Below, piece by piece: positions 37,001 to 52,000 of a stretch of 64,000 bases of DNA. How positions within the stretch are numbered: the first letter of the stretch is position 1; each line of letters opens with the position of its first letter. The notes beneath the pieces are model-generated. The model was not told the DNA's origin and did no database searches. It saw nothing but the letters and a program-made list of their open reading frames with translations. The position numbers were made by a program, and so were the translations under genes. The DNA lies in the NCBI GenBank assembly GCA_017444015.1, contig JAFSXN010000190.1:2618-66617 (forward strand), given 5' to 3'. This DNA comes from Lachnospiraceae bacterium (GTDB lineage Bacteria; Bacillota; Clostridia; Lachnospirales; Lachnospiraceae).

Positions 37001-40000
37001 GTCAAGAGAAGACAGGAATCGAATGGAAGCTTCTATTACTATATTAACGAGAATGATACAAAGTTTGACGGGGAAGCGGGACAGGCTCTTCTTGCCAGAT
37101 GCTGGAGATATAAAGAGTACAGTGGATCAAAGCATATTACACTGGATTCCGCGAGCCATACCAGCGGTGAATTAAAAGCTGCTGTAAGAGGTATGGTCAC
37201 AGGAACAAAGTCAGAAAGTCTGGCAGGAGAAGCACAGGCGTATAATTTCGCGGATATAGCAGATTACTATGCGCAGGATAAGGACGTTCCCGAAGGAAGC
37301 GGAGAAACGGCAGGGAAGTATACGATCGATCTTCGTAACAGCCCGGCGGGAACCTACTATGTGAATTTTGCCGCGGGAGAGTACGCCAGTAAGGTTGGCG
37401 GATCTGCGGATGGTCTGCATATCCGGCTGAACAGTAATCAGAATATAGTTTTCAACATTCCGGATACAAATGTTTCGCTCAATCAGTTCAGTCTGGATAT
37501 CGGAAACGGAGCCGGCTACCGGACCTCCGGAAAAAATAATGAGGGTGATGATGACTATGCTAAAAGCGTGGTCTGGAATTTATACAATGCTACGACCGCA
37601 TCGAATTCCGGGTCGATCAACGGCATTGTCTTGGCACCTTTAGCAGCGTACAGCATCGGGACGACTTCTACAGGATGGGTTGTTGCTGATTCCGTCAGCA
37701 ACGGCGGAGAGTGGCACTGTGTCTGGCAGGAAATGCCTGCAAATCCCGCTGAACCGGAAGAACCGGGAGTCGATACCCCGGCTACAGTAGAGATCCCTGT
37801 CAGCAAGAGCTTTGCGGAGGGGGCTGCCTGGCCGGAGGGTGATTCCTATACCTTTACCCTGACAGGTCAGACGACAAGAACGGTTGAAACGACGAGCACG
37901 GGGAGCTGTTATACGGCTACTGCCCGGATCCATCAGACTCCGGAGACCGGCAGGGAGGATTATCGGATCCAGGTCGATGCGATCCATGGAGGAGATCACA
38001 CTACCGATCTTCAAACGGTGAAGATCGCCTTTAATCAGCCGGTACAATGGGTTTCCTGCAATGCGCAGGGAGCTGCGTTAGTAAGCGGCAGCGGAACGAA
38101 CCAGCTGACCTTTACTACGACTTATCATCAGAATCCGACGGATCGGATCGGTTTCGGCGATCTGGTTGTTACTTCGGATGGAGGTCTTGCCGTTACGGAC
38201 ATCGAAGTGACGGATGGATACGGAACAACTACGGTTACGGGATCGGAAACGATCACTGCGGAGACGGAGGCGGGATCGGTTACGATTGGGGCCGCTGCCG
38301 GTACAGGCTCGATCGGTCCTCTGACCTTTGAGCCGGCAGATACTGCCGGAACAGTTTCCTATTATTATACCTTGGCCGAAAATGAGCCGGAGTATTCTGA
38401 CGTGATCAGGGACCCGAAGGTCTATGAGATCAGGGTCGACGTCACGACTATGATTTCCGGAAAGAATAGGACGGCAACCGCGAAGATTTATTATAAGAAC
38501 ACGAACGGGGATTATGTCGAGCTTCCCGCGGGACAGAGCTTTACCTTTGAAAACAGGATCTCCGCAGGTCATACTCCCGCGCAGGTCACCTTTAATGTTG
38601 CAAAGAGCTATCAGGGAGATTGGACCGGTAAGAGCTTTACCTTTACTATTTCCGGAAGTGAGGGCGCGCCGATGCCGAAAAAGGATGGCCAGACCGTTAC
38701 TTCTGTTACAACTGCAGCGGACAGCAGTCAGGGAAACAGTCAGACCCTGAGCTTCGGGACGATCGAATTTGCGGCGGGGGACAGCGATACAAGCGCGAAT
38801 AAAGTTCCCTATACCTATACGATTACGGAAACGCCAGGTACGGATCCGGATATCGCGTATGACCCGACGATATATACGATCACATTAAATACCTATACGG
38901 TCAAAGAGGGAAATAACTGGGTCGCCAAGGTCGAAAAGGAAGGGGCGGACAGCACGGAAAGCTATACCGGCGAGACTCTGAGCTTTGAAAACAAGATCGC
39001 TACCGGGAATCTTACGGTACAGAAGAGTGTGACCGGATGGTGGAGAATCACCTGCGAGCGGATGGGGAACGAAGCGTCGGTCGCAGATCCGGTCTTTGGA
39101 CCTAACCATACCCATAGAAAGATCTACTGCGGCGATCCGAGCCACTGGAGGATCGATCTGGATGAAAACGGAGTTCCGACGAAGCTGACGGAGATCGACA
39201 CACCGTATCCGACCTATAATAATGGCGAGCTGCCCTGCGTTATCTATACGGATGATACCTATACTACCGTACGGGATATCAGTACGATCAGGCAGGGCGA
39301 GACCATTTACTGGACTTCGGTGCATGACGGGATCAAGGTGCAGTGGCGTCATTATGGTACCGTAGAAAGCACAGGATCCTTCGATTTTACCGTTTCGAAG
39401 GATGATACCTATTACTATATGGAGAACGGAGTAGTCAAAGAAAGCAGTTCTCCTGTATCGTTTTCGCTGGAGGCCGGAGAAAAGGTTGATTTTACGGGCC
39501 TTCCGGTTGGAGAATATACGGTTACGGAGCTCGGCTCTGAGAATATCTTTACCGTTTCCGTAAAGGATGGGGAAGGCTCTGTACTTCAGACGTCGGCAAA
39601 CGGTACGGATACTTCAGCGACCGTGAATGTCACGGCAGGAGAAACTTCTGCGACCGTCAATTTTGTCAATCAGCTGACAGCCGGGACGCTTCGGATCAAG
39701 AAAAATGTCAATCCAGGCACTGTGGATTATTCCGGGCAGAACTTCTATGTACGGGTAACAGGGCCATATGACTTTGACGAGCTGCTAACCCTGACGATCG
39801 ATGAGGAGGGGAAGGCGTCTGTTGCGCTTACGGATCTTCCGGTTGGTACCTATACGGTACAGGAGACCAATGCGGACGGGATCCCGCTTGCGCAGGATAC
39901 TCCTTACAAGATCCATATGTGGGGATACGGACAGGGCGACAACTGGTCAAATAACGCTTCGATCAATCTGACAGGAGGAAGCGATATCACTGTCCGGATC

Positions 40001-43000
40001 AGCAATACGATAGGAAGCCTGCAGGTCAATAAGACGTTAGTTCCTACGAACAGTACAGCTCTGTCGGATACGTTCTATTTTGCGGTCACGGACGGAACAA
40101 ACTACTACGATACACAAGGAAATGCGTATACAGAGCGGCATGTAGAAGCCCTGAGCTTTGAAAACGTTACGCAGGAAACGACACAATCGCTGCTCTTCAA
40201 GAATCTCCCTCTGGACAGGAAGTATTCTGTCAGGGAGCAGATGGCTGTTTCAGAAAACGGGGCGACCTCCTATGTGGATGCTGACAGCAGCAATGCGGAC
40301 TTTAACTATCAGGTTGCCTATGAAACGGTCAACTGGGCATCTTCCGGATATTATACGGTCCAGGGAGCGGACAATATAGAAGCGATCACCGGAGATAAAG
40401 GAAACAGGCCTCTGGTCAACGTCAATATAACAAATACCGAGAAGCAGTATAGTGAGATCAATATCCATAAAGGCGGATATCATTCTAATCTCGGGGGCGT
40501 CGTCTTTGAACTGACCAGGAATGGGAAGCCTGTCGTTGCGGAGTTAGTCAGTACCGATCCAGAGAACAATACCTATCATTTTGTTTCCGCGGACGGATCT
40601 GCGGAAGCCACAAGGCTTGTTACCGGCAGCCAGGGGCAGGTTGGGATCCACGAGCTGCCCTGGGGCGAATATTACATCAAGGAGGTCGATACCGCAACGG
40701 GCTATGTGGTCAGCGAGGATGCCTGGCTGTATGTCAATATCAAGGATTATCCGAGCGGACACGCACTGAGCGGAGATAATGAGATAAAGGCGGGAAGTGC
40801 TTTTACGGGCTTCTCGGCAACGAGCTTTGGAAAGGGTTCTGTAAGCTGCGGCGGTAATGTCATAAATGACAAGGGCCAGTTTGAGCTTATGGTGACAAAG
40901 ACAGGCGACGGCGCGCCGCTTGCCGGAGCGGAGTTTACGCTTTATAAGGCGGATGGGACGACTGCGTTAGAGACCCAGACGATCACTGCCAGATACGACG
41001 GCACTGAGGAAAATAAGGTTGTTGCCGCAACGGCTAAGTTCAGTACGAAGTTAGACTGGGATGAGACCTATATCTTAAAGGAAACAAAGGTTCCGGAGGG
41101 CTATGTAAAAGCGGCGGATCAGACCATCGCGCTTTCAGCTGACGATTACGCTGCGCTTTCGAATTCGACGTATTCCCTTACGATCGACAACAAGAGGATC
41201 GAGGGTCAGGTTACTCTTACAAAGCATGACAGCGCGGGCACGGGACTTTCCGGTGGTGAATTTGAGATCCATAAGGGTGAGGCGGTGATCGGTGTCCTTC
41301 AGGGGGAAGGCGGTGACGGTCACTATACATACGCAAACGGCGCGGAAGGCGCGGTAACGACGATTAAGACGGATACAGACGGGAACGCTGTCGTTACGGG
41401 GCTTCCTTATGGTAACTATACATTTGTAGAAACTAAAACACCGGATGATTCGAAGTATTCAAAGGACGCAGAGCAGAGCTTTGCCATTGTTGATGACGGC
41501 GATCAGGCAGCGGTTGTCATGGTAAATACGACGAATCCGGCGGCGGTTCAGTTTAAGAAGGTGGATGCCACGACCGGACGGCCGATCAAGGATGTTCCCT
41601 TCTATCTCTATAAGGCGGATAAGACCCTGTACAGGGCAACGCCCTATTTATCAGGCGCGGACGGGATCGTTCGGGCGGAGAATCTGGCAACAGGCTCCTA
41701 CTATTTCGAGGAGCGGTTCTATGACAGCGAAGGGAAGGAGATCGACCCTGATAACGGGTATCAGAAGTTGTCAGAGAGCGATAATCATTTCGCCTTTACG
41801 ATCACGGAGTCGGATGGCGGAAGTACGGTGACGCTGACAGAGAATAACGTTACGACGTTAGAAAACGGGATCGCTGTTGTAAAGAACGAGCAGGGCAAAG
41901 GAACCGTTACGGTTACGAAGCGCAAGGATACGGCGGACGGCGATCTGATTTCCGGGATCACCTTTGAGCTGTACCAGACTGACGCTTCAAAGAGTACCGA
42001 GATCAAGCAGAGCATGAAGCAGTACAAAGGCGTTACATCGGACGGTGTTGTAACATTTACCGGGCTTGACTGGGGCTGGTATTTCCTGCGTGAAGTACAG
42101 AATGACGCTACAAGGCCTTATATTCTTACGAATAACGGGATATCTGATGTCTTCTATGTCGGGCTGGACGTTGAGGGCGGAAGCGCGAATATAGAAAAGA
42201 CAATTATCAATAGTATTAAAAAGGGTTCTGTTCATCTGACCAAGGTGGATGAGGAGACGAAGGCTGCTTTGAGCGGCGCTGTCTTTACTCTTTATAAGGA
42301 TGAGGTAAAGGCCGGAAATGAAATCGGCGGAGAGAACGGTGTCTCGATCACTAATGCCGCGGGTATTACGATCGATAACCTGGAATATGGGAATTACCTC
42401 CTTAAAGAAACCTCTGCTCCGGCCGGCTATCAGCCGCTGCAGAATCCGATCGCCTTTACGATCGACGGAGAAGCGGAAAGGGATTCCTCCTATGACGCGG
42501 TGAAAGAGATTCCGAATCCCCGGAAGACAGGGACGGTGACTCTGACCAAGTATTCCGGATCAGAGAAAATCCAAATAGCAAATGAGGAGGACCGCGGAGA
42601 ATTCACGCTTTATTCGGCGGATGCCGCAAGCTTTGGCAGCAGGATAAAGAGGCTGTTCTCCGGAACGGATTATTACGAATACGGTACCTATACGCTGGGA
42701 GCTGACGGAACGCTGACCGTATCAGACCTTCCATGGGGCAGCTATTACTTTGCGGAGACCAAGGCGCCCAAGGGCTATGTAGCGGATGAAAATAAGGAAT
42801 ATCCGTTCACGATCGGCCTGATCGAGGATAACGGTAATAAGACGGAGAGCTTTGAGGTCTCGTATGATGTTACAAATACCGAGAAACCCGGGAAGATCCG
42901 CCTGGTGAAGCAGGATAACGCTGAGGACAGAGACGCGGACCTGACAGGCGCGGAGTTCAAGCTCTTTAAGATCACGGATACGGAGGCGGAGGATCTGCTT

Positions 43001-46000
43001 TCGGCGGATAACGCGACGCAGTATCCGAACGATTCCGTGACCTATACGATCGGGGAGAATAACCAGCTGATCGTTGACAACGTAGAGTGGGGCACCTATT
43101 ACTTTGAAGAGATAAAGCCTGCGACGGGCTACAGACTTCCTTCAGACAGAGTAAACCGCCTGACTCAAACGATCGTTATAGGCGCGGATAATGCCGTGGA
43201 TTCCATCGGAAGAAACGATACGGCAAATACGATCGTCTTCGGAAACGATAAGGTCGAGGGAACGATCCGGCTTCAGAAGGTAGATGAGAACAATGAAAAC
43301 CTTGCCGGAGCAACCTTCTATATCAATGTTAAGACAGATCGGGGAGAGAGAAATGTCAAGCTTACCGGGTCAAACGGTGTATACAGCTATGACGGGCTCC
43401 ACGATGGCCTGTTTGACAGAAATTCAAAGGATATCGCTGATACAGACGGAGACGGGCTCTTAGTTGTAAATAATCTGCCTTACGGAACCTATGAGGTTTA
43501 CGAGGCTTCCGCTCCCGATGGCTATAATCTGGTAGAAACGCCGAAGGAATTTACGATCTCCGAGGACGGACAGGGGACCGGGGAGGACGCAGAGCCTGAG
43601 CTGTTCGTTAACAGCCCTGTCCAGGCGAAGGTCAGCTTCTATAAGATCGGAGACGGGGAAGACGGCCAGAAGAAGGGACTTGCCGGCGCGATCTTCCATC
43701 TGTATAAGAGCGAGGAGAACGAGGCAGGAACGACAAGCTGGATCAGCATCGGAACAAAGACCTCGGAGAGCGACGGACTCGTAGAGTTCGGCGGTCTTGC
43801 GGTCGGAGATTACTATGTCGTAGAGGATAAGGCTCCCGAAGGATATACGATCACGATGGACGGTGACGAGCCGAAGAAATATACCTTTACGGTCGGAAAT
43901 AACGATGACGGAGCAACGAAGCAGATCTCGCCCGCGGTAGCTTTTGGCGACGGAAAGATCGGTGTCAATAACGCACAGGCAAAAGGTACCGTAAAGCTGT
44001 TCAAGTCAGGCAGCAACGCGCCGCTGACCGGTCTGAACGGAGCGAAATACGCTCTGTATCAGGAGGGAACCGATACGCAGATCTTTGCTGAGCTTGAGAC
44101 CGGATATTCCTATACGAAGGGCGAGACTACAGGGACGGCAGGCGAGGCCGGCTATCTCACGGTTTCGGGGCTTGACTGGGGTACCTATTATTTCATTGAG
44201 ACATCCGCGCCGGAGGGCTATAAAGCGGATACGAAGACAAAATATACCTTTAAGGTCGATTCATCCAATACAGGGACGCGAGTTCTGTATCCCGGAACGG
44301 GAGAGGAGCAGACTGAGGGGAAGATCATTACAACGGATACGGGAGGGAATGATCTGAAGGTCGTCAATGAACAGATCCTCGGACAGGCGAAGCTCACGAA
44401 GAAGAACAGCGTTACGAAGGCTGTGATCGAGGGAGCTACCTTCCGACTTTACTATGATACGGAGGATTCCCAGGCTGCGCCTCAGCTGGTGGCCGGATAT
44501 GAAAATACGTCCTTTGTAACGGACAATAAGGGTGAGATCAAGACTTCAAAGGATCTGCCGGTCGGAAAATACTACTTTGCGGAGACGAGTCCGATGACCG
44601 GTTATATCGCTTCGGTTACAAAGTATGCCTTTGAGGTAAATGAGAGCAACTATATAAACGTTATTCCCGCGTCGGACAAGACCGGAACCGAAGAGGGAGT
44701 TGCCCTGAATCAGCCGATTCTCGGAAAAGTGAAGCTCTTCAAGTATGAGACGGTGGACGGAGAAGAGGTTGCGATCACCGGCAAGGCGAAATTCCGGCTC
44801 TACAAAGAGAGCAGGATCCTCTGGTTTAATTCCAGCCAGAAGTTGGATATCTATGAGACCACGGATGGCTATATCACGGTGGAGGATCTGGAATGGGGCA
44901 CCTATTACTTTGTAGAAGAAGAGGCTCCGAAAGGCTATGTAGAGAACAAGGACGCAAGGTATATCTTTACCATCGACGGCGATCGGACGGATTATACGAC
45001 CGCGTCGACTATGCTGAAGGTAGAGAATGAGCGGCAGAAGGGCTCTTTAAAGCTGAAAAAGACGGATGAAGAGACAGGCAGCGCATTAAAGGGCGCGGAA
45101 TTTAACCTTTATAAAGGCGTCTATGGCAGCGGAACGCCTGTAGCCGGAGCGCAGGGGCTGGTTACGGACAGCAAGGGCGAGATCACAGTCACCGGCCTTG
45201 ACTGGGGTCAGTATTACTTCGTGGAAACGCAGGCGCCGACCGGATATACGCTGAAAAATGACAGCTACGTGGACAGCTATACCACGGAGGAAGCCGGTCA
45301 GACGGTATCGCGCAAGCTGATTATTGACGCGAACAATGTTGAGGCAAGCGCAAAGGCTCCGTTAACTGCTGCTCTTACGAACGGGCAGATCTACGGAAAC
45401 GTAAGGCTGACCAAGTATGATGACAAGACTCCGGCCGGAACGCTTGGCGGGGCTCGCTTTGAACTATATACGACAGCGGATGCGCGGGTATATGTGAGCG
45501 GAGAGAACGGAGCATATCAGTACAGTAAGGACGAGACGAGTGTTGTTCTTGAAACGCCGTCGACTTCGGATAATACGAACGGTATCTTAACGATCACAGG
45601 GCTGCCGTACGGAAACTATTACTTTAAGGAAATCAAGGCTCCGGAGGGTTATACGGCAACCTCCGTCCGTTCCTCCTTCAGTATCGAGGAGAATAAGGAC
45701 GGCTTTGTCGACGTGACCTGTATGAACGGCGAAATCAAGGGCGCGGTTGAATTTACGAAGCTTTCGGATGACGAAACGCCGATTGAGGACGCGAAGTTTA
45801 TCCTTTATAAGAAAGCAACGAAAAACAACGGACTGGCGCCTGCCGTGATCGGAGAGTATCATTCCGATTCTGCAGGAAAGGTTTCGGCAGCGGGTCTTAC
45901 TGTGGGTGAATATTACTTCACAGAGCAGAGCACGCCGCATGATGCATGGGAGCTGAGTACGGAAGCGCTGAGCTTTGAAATAACAGACAGCGATAACGGA

Positions 46001-49000
46001 AAGGTAATCTATCTGGGAAGCGGAGATGATCATCGTGTCGTAAATACACGAAAGCAAGGCTCCGTCAGACTGTTAAAGACCTATCGTGACGACGATGAGA
46101 CCGGGGTTCTCGAGGGAGCCGGCTTCAGGCTGTACCGTATGGCAGGATCGGAGCCTGCCTCCGGAGATGAACTGGTTCTGATCAACAGCCAGGAAAGCGC
46201 CGTTACCGATGAAAAGGGCGAGATCAATGTTACTGGACTGCCTTGGGGCGACTATTACTTCGTAGAGATCTCCGCTCCTGATGGCTATGTATTTGATCCG
46301 GTTGCGGCGGAGACGACGTACTACCGTTTCCGGGTGGATGAGACGACAGCCGCTGCAATGCAGACGGTTTCGGTTGAAAACGAGAGACAGACCGGAAGCC
46401 TTACGATCTCGAAGCTGGATTCTACGGATCACACGAAGGGCCTTGATGGTGTAGCCTTTAACCTCTATAAGATAATAAAGGACAGTGACGGGAAGGAAGA
46501 ACGTACGTTAAAGGCTACGTTAGCTACGTCCTCAGGCGGACAGCTTTCCTACAGCGGACTGCCCTGGGGAGATTACGTTCTGGTAGAGACCGGAACGATA
46601 AACGGCTATGTTCTGGATACGGCATCCGCGGAGCATCCGTTTACGATCGGTAAGAAGAACGACAGGCTCGTTCTGGAATATACCGAAACGATCACCAATC
46701 GTCCGGTTCAGGGCTATGTTGAGCTGGCGAAGGTGGATTCTGAAAACAACAATATCGTCCTTGGCGGCGTTGCTTTCGATCTCTATTCCGGGATCGCGGG
46801 GAGCGGAACGAAGGTCGGCGAATATATGACCGATGCTGCCGGAAAGCTGTTCCAGACTGTTAAAAACGGCGACGGGACAGAGAAGACAGAGACGAAGATC
46901 GGACCTTTGAACAAAGGAAATTACTATTTCCTTGAAAACGCGGACCGTTCTACGCTGAAGGGCTATCAGTTCAGTGATCAGGCGATCTCGTTCGCGATTA
47001 CTGAGGATGGTAAGACGATCTCCTTTACGGGAAATACGAATTCGATCAAGAATACGAAGAAGACCGGCAAGGTACGGATCAGAAAGATCGACAGCGAGAC
47101 GAAGGACGGGCTGGCGGGAGCGGAGTTTACGCTTTACGCAAGGGAGCCGAAGTCCCTGGGTGAGAGGCTGGCATCCTTACTGACGGATGAATTTAAGAGA
47201 CAGACCTATACGACAAAGAGCGATGGTGTGATCGAGATCGAAGGCCTGGATTGGGGAAAATATTTCCTGGCAGAGACCAAGGCGGCTCCGGGGTATGAGC
47301 TGCTTGCGGACAGTGACGGGAAGAGCGTTACCTATGACTTTGAGATCACAGAGGCGAATGCCGGATCGACGATCGTTCTGAATGATATCACGAATACGAA
47401 GCTGAAGGGCTCCGTACAGTTGACAAAGACGGATGAAGAGACGAATGCGCCGGTAGCCGGAGCGAAGTTTAAGCTCTATAAGATGACGGGAAGCGAGCCT
47501 GTTCTTTCCGGAACGAACGCCGATACAGCCGTTTCTGTTGACGGTGATTCCGAGTGGACGACAAACGACAAGGGCGTTATCCTTGTACCCGGACTTGACT
47601 GGGGCAGCTACTATTTCGTTGAGACAGCGCCTGCCAGGGGGTATGAGGAATTTGAAGAAAACAGCGTCGTTTCCGCGGTTATGACGATCGACGCTTCAAA
47701 TTACAACACCGGCTCTAAGGCTATGAATACGCAGACGGTAGCTCTTACGAATAAGAAGGGCTATGGCTATATCTCGCTGCAGAAGATCTTTGTGAACCCG
47801 GATAAGAACGGGTCGACCGGAGTATACTGGAGCGTTGCCTGCGACGTGATGGATAACGCGAAATGGGCAGGTTCGGATGTCGGTGTCTGGGGCGCGGATG
47901 AGATCCGCAATACCGAAAAGAATAAGAACCGTGAAGGCCATCAGAAGATCTACTGCGGGACCGAAGAGAACCAGCTGATCTATATGGATGACAACGGTGT
48001 ACCGACCGGTATGCTTCATGATAAGAGGGGTTCTACCAGTGAGCGTTACGCCTACGGTGATATCAACACCAAGCTGTATACCGATGAAACGTATCAAACG
48101 GAAAGAGATTTCTCTACGTTAAAATCCGGTGAGTATATCTATTGGACGACCTGGAACGGCGGCCAGAAATGGTATCATCACGGAACGATCGAACAGACGC
48201 TTCATCTGACGGATGAACAGGTGGAAAGCCTGTATTATCCTCCCGATGATTCCGGCTGGGATCTGAGCGGAGTGACCTACCGTCTGATCAATGATGATAC
48301 GAGCAAGATCGTCGGTGAATATGTTACCAATTCGGACGGAGTTCTGACAAACGGCGAGGGCGAACCGGTGATCGGACCGCTTGCGTACGGGACCTATCAT
48401 TTTGAAGAGGTTGCTTTGTCCGACAGAGCCAAGGCAGCAGGCTATCAGTTAAGCAGCCAGCTGGCGAGCTTTGTCATCAGTAAGGAGAGTACGTTAGAAC
48501 ACGCCATATCGAATCCGCTTCCGTATGTCAATCACGTCATGGATGTGAAGGGCGGAGCGACCTTCCAGAAGGTTGACGCGGACAATGAAAATACGATCGT
48601 AAAGGGAATTTCCTTCAAGGTCTACCAGGACGGCGCTACGGATCCGACAACGACTGTTGTTTCGGATGAGAACGGTACCGTAAAGGTAGAGAATCTTCCG
48701 ATGGGTACCTATTACTTCGAGGAGGATGGAGATACCGCGAGGAACGCGGGCTATGTACCCGATACGACGAAGTACTACTTCCGGATCACCCAGTATGACA
48801 ACGGCAAGACCCTGTCTGTACATAAGGACAGCGTTTCCGGAGATCTTACGGGTACGGTAACGAATGAAAAGCAGAAGGGAAGTATTTCTCTTGCCAAGCT
48901 TGGGCATGATGATAAGAAGCTTCCTCTGGCAAGGACAGTCTCTGACGGCGGAGCGCAGTTTGAGCTGTGGAGCAGTCTCAGTGACACCGAGCCTTACTAT

Positions 49001-52000
49001 ACCGCCGACAAGCTGATGAGCGGAGGCTCTGATAACAAGGGAACGATAGAAAACAACGGGATGACGATCACCGTTTCGGGTCTGCCGTGGGCGACATATT
49101 ACTTCAGGGAAACCGCAGCGCCGACCGGTTATGTGCTTCCGGCTGCCGGAAACAGAGATACCAACAGCGTTACGATCTATGCAGGAAACGCCTATGCTTC
49201 CGTTTCGGAGCCGTTATCCTGTACAAAGAGTGATTTGGCGCTGAAGGTCAAGCTCTCCAAGCTCGATGAGAATAACAATGAGCTGATCGGCGCGACCTTA
49301 GAGCTGTATAAGGCGGATGCAGACGGCAAGCGGACGGGAGCCGCCATCGACTCCTGGACGAGCGGAGGATCGCCAAGGACCTTTACCGCAGCTGTCGGAA
49401 ATGAAGAGGGACTTGCGGCCGGACAGGGCTACGTACTGCATGAGGCGCAGGCACCCGCAGGCTATACGCTTTCGGATGATATCTGGTTCCGAGTAGCTTC
49501 TGACGGGACAGTGACAGCCAAATATGTATCGACCGGAACACAGGCAGGCATGATCGGTGAGGGAATCGGTACGACGATCACAATGACAGATACGCCGATC
49601 GAGCTTTCGATCTCCAAGAAAGCATGGGAGAGCGGGAACATGCCGCCGTCATCGATGGAGAATCTGTCTGGAGCAATGCTTCAGATCAAAGAAAAAGCGT
49701 CCTCCAGAGTCGTGGAATCCTGGACAAGCAACGGCACGAACCATAAGGTAGCCGCAAGTCTTTCGGTCGGAACGGAGTATGTTCTCGAGGAAACCTCCGC
49801 GCCGACAGGATATATTAAGATTTCGCCGATCACCTTTACGATAGACGGAAAGGGAGATATCAGGGCGCAGGCGGAGAACGGTACCGATCTTTCGCCGGAT
49901 AACAACAATCATATATTATATGCTGTTGACAGACCGATCTTTATTCAGATCGCAAAGACCAGACTGACCGGCTCGGAAACGGATTATGTATCGGGAGCGA
50001 AGCTGGCTGTCTATGAAGTATTAAGTGACGGGACGCTTTCGGCGCAGCCGGTGGTTCCGGAGTTTACGACGAAAGGCGTTTTAGAGACCATCGATTCCTC
50101 GAAGCTGAAGGTGGGCAGCGCTTACCGTCTGGTAGAGCTTTCCGCTCCGGATGAGTATCTGAAGGCGGAGCCGGTGACCTTTGTAGTGAAGGATTACGAT
50201 CCGACAATACAGACTACGGACGGGCGTCAGCCTCAGATCATAAAGATGAAGGATGAGCTGTTAAAGGTTTATGTTCAAAAGCAGGGTCTCGGAGAACAGC
50301 TGGCCGGAGCCTCCCTCCAGCTCTTAGACAGCTCCGGTGAAGTAGTGGCAGAGTGGAAGACTGAGAATAGGCCCGCGGCGATCGTATCCTCTACGGAGGT
50401 CGCAAACGAACAGGAGCTGAACCTTTCGGATTATCAGGTCGTTTCGACGAAGGAAGGAAAGACCTTAAAGGCAGGTGTATCCTACCGGCTCGTTGAACTG
50501 TCTGACAAAACGCATCCTGTACCTGCCGGATACAATGCGGCAAATGCTGTAAACTTTACGTTACAGAACAATACAACGGTTGTTAAGACGGTAACGATGA
50601 CAGACCAGCCGCTTGCTGTTGCCTTTGGAAAGAAGAGTACGAGCGGATATCTTGCCGGCGCGACGATGCAGCTTTTGACAGAGAAGAATAAGGAAGATAC
50701 GGCAATTGCGCAGTGGCGGACCACAGATAAGCCTGTGATCGTTACTCTGGGTACCATTGCCGAGGATTCCAAGTATGAGAAGCTGGAGCTTTCAAAGGGT
50801 GTTCTGGAACTTGGAAAGACCTATTATCTCCATGAGAAGACCGACGGAGTTCCAAGCGGATATTACCACGCGGATGATATTCCGGTTACGATTGACAATA
50901 CGGATATTTTGAGTACGTACGTCCGTGAGGTCGATATGGTCGATGTTGAGCAGGGTAAGACCAGCGTTCCTGTAAGCAAGACCTGGATCATTCCGAGAGA
51001 CGCAAACGGCAACCCGGCAAGTGACTTTACGGCAAGGACCGCGGTAATAGAGCTGTACAGAGATTCGACGACAAAGGGTAAGTCGGAGGATCTGGTCGCA
51101 ACATATAATATGACCTGGCCGGAAACGAACTATACCTTCGCGCAGTATCAGGTGAACAATGAGTGGAGGGATCTGGAGAAGAACAGCCCTGCGGGATATG
51201 AGTACACCTATAAGGTTGTCGAAAAAGAAACCGAAGCGATCAAGGCTGACTTCAATATTATTTATGATTCAACACCGGGCGTGATCATTAACCGGACGCT
51301 GCCGAAGGTGACTGATCTGACGGTTACAAAGACCTGGCAGTGGTATAAGGACAGCGATACGGCACCGCAGGATGTGACCGTATATCTGCTTCAGAACGGC
51401 ACAAGGATGGCCTCTCATACCTTTGCCTTTGACAAAAAGGATATCACTGTTGGAAATACCTTTGTTTCACAGCCGTTTACCTTTGAGAGTCTGCCGAAAT
51501 ACAATACGGATACCGGACTGGAATATGTCTATACGGTTGAGGAAGAGGGGACCGGCTTTACTTCACAGATCAGTTATGACAGGACCGAGAGGACCGCGTC
51601 GATCTTAAATGTGCCGGATGAGACACCGTTCTATATAAGCGGTAAAAAGACCTGGATCGATCCTACGGACAAGGAAGTAACTCATCCGCAGATCGTACTG
51701 GCGCTCTACAGAGACGGCGAGCCGTATCTCTATACGGAGCTCGATGAGAAGGATGAATTTACCTTCGGTCCACTCTATCAGTATAATCTGGGACACGGCG
51801 GCGGAGCCGATAACCTTGAAACCGCTGACGGACATCCGTATACCTATGAAGTTAAGGAGATCGGAGCAGCAGGCTATGATGTTACGATCACCTACGGAGA
51901 AAACAGCGGTAACTATGATCCTGCTCAGATTACGGGCGGAAATCTTGCCGTGAACGTAGAAAACAGGATCAAAAATGAAACGATCAACATTGCCGGAGTG

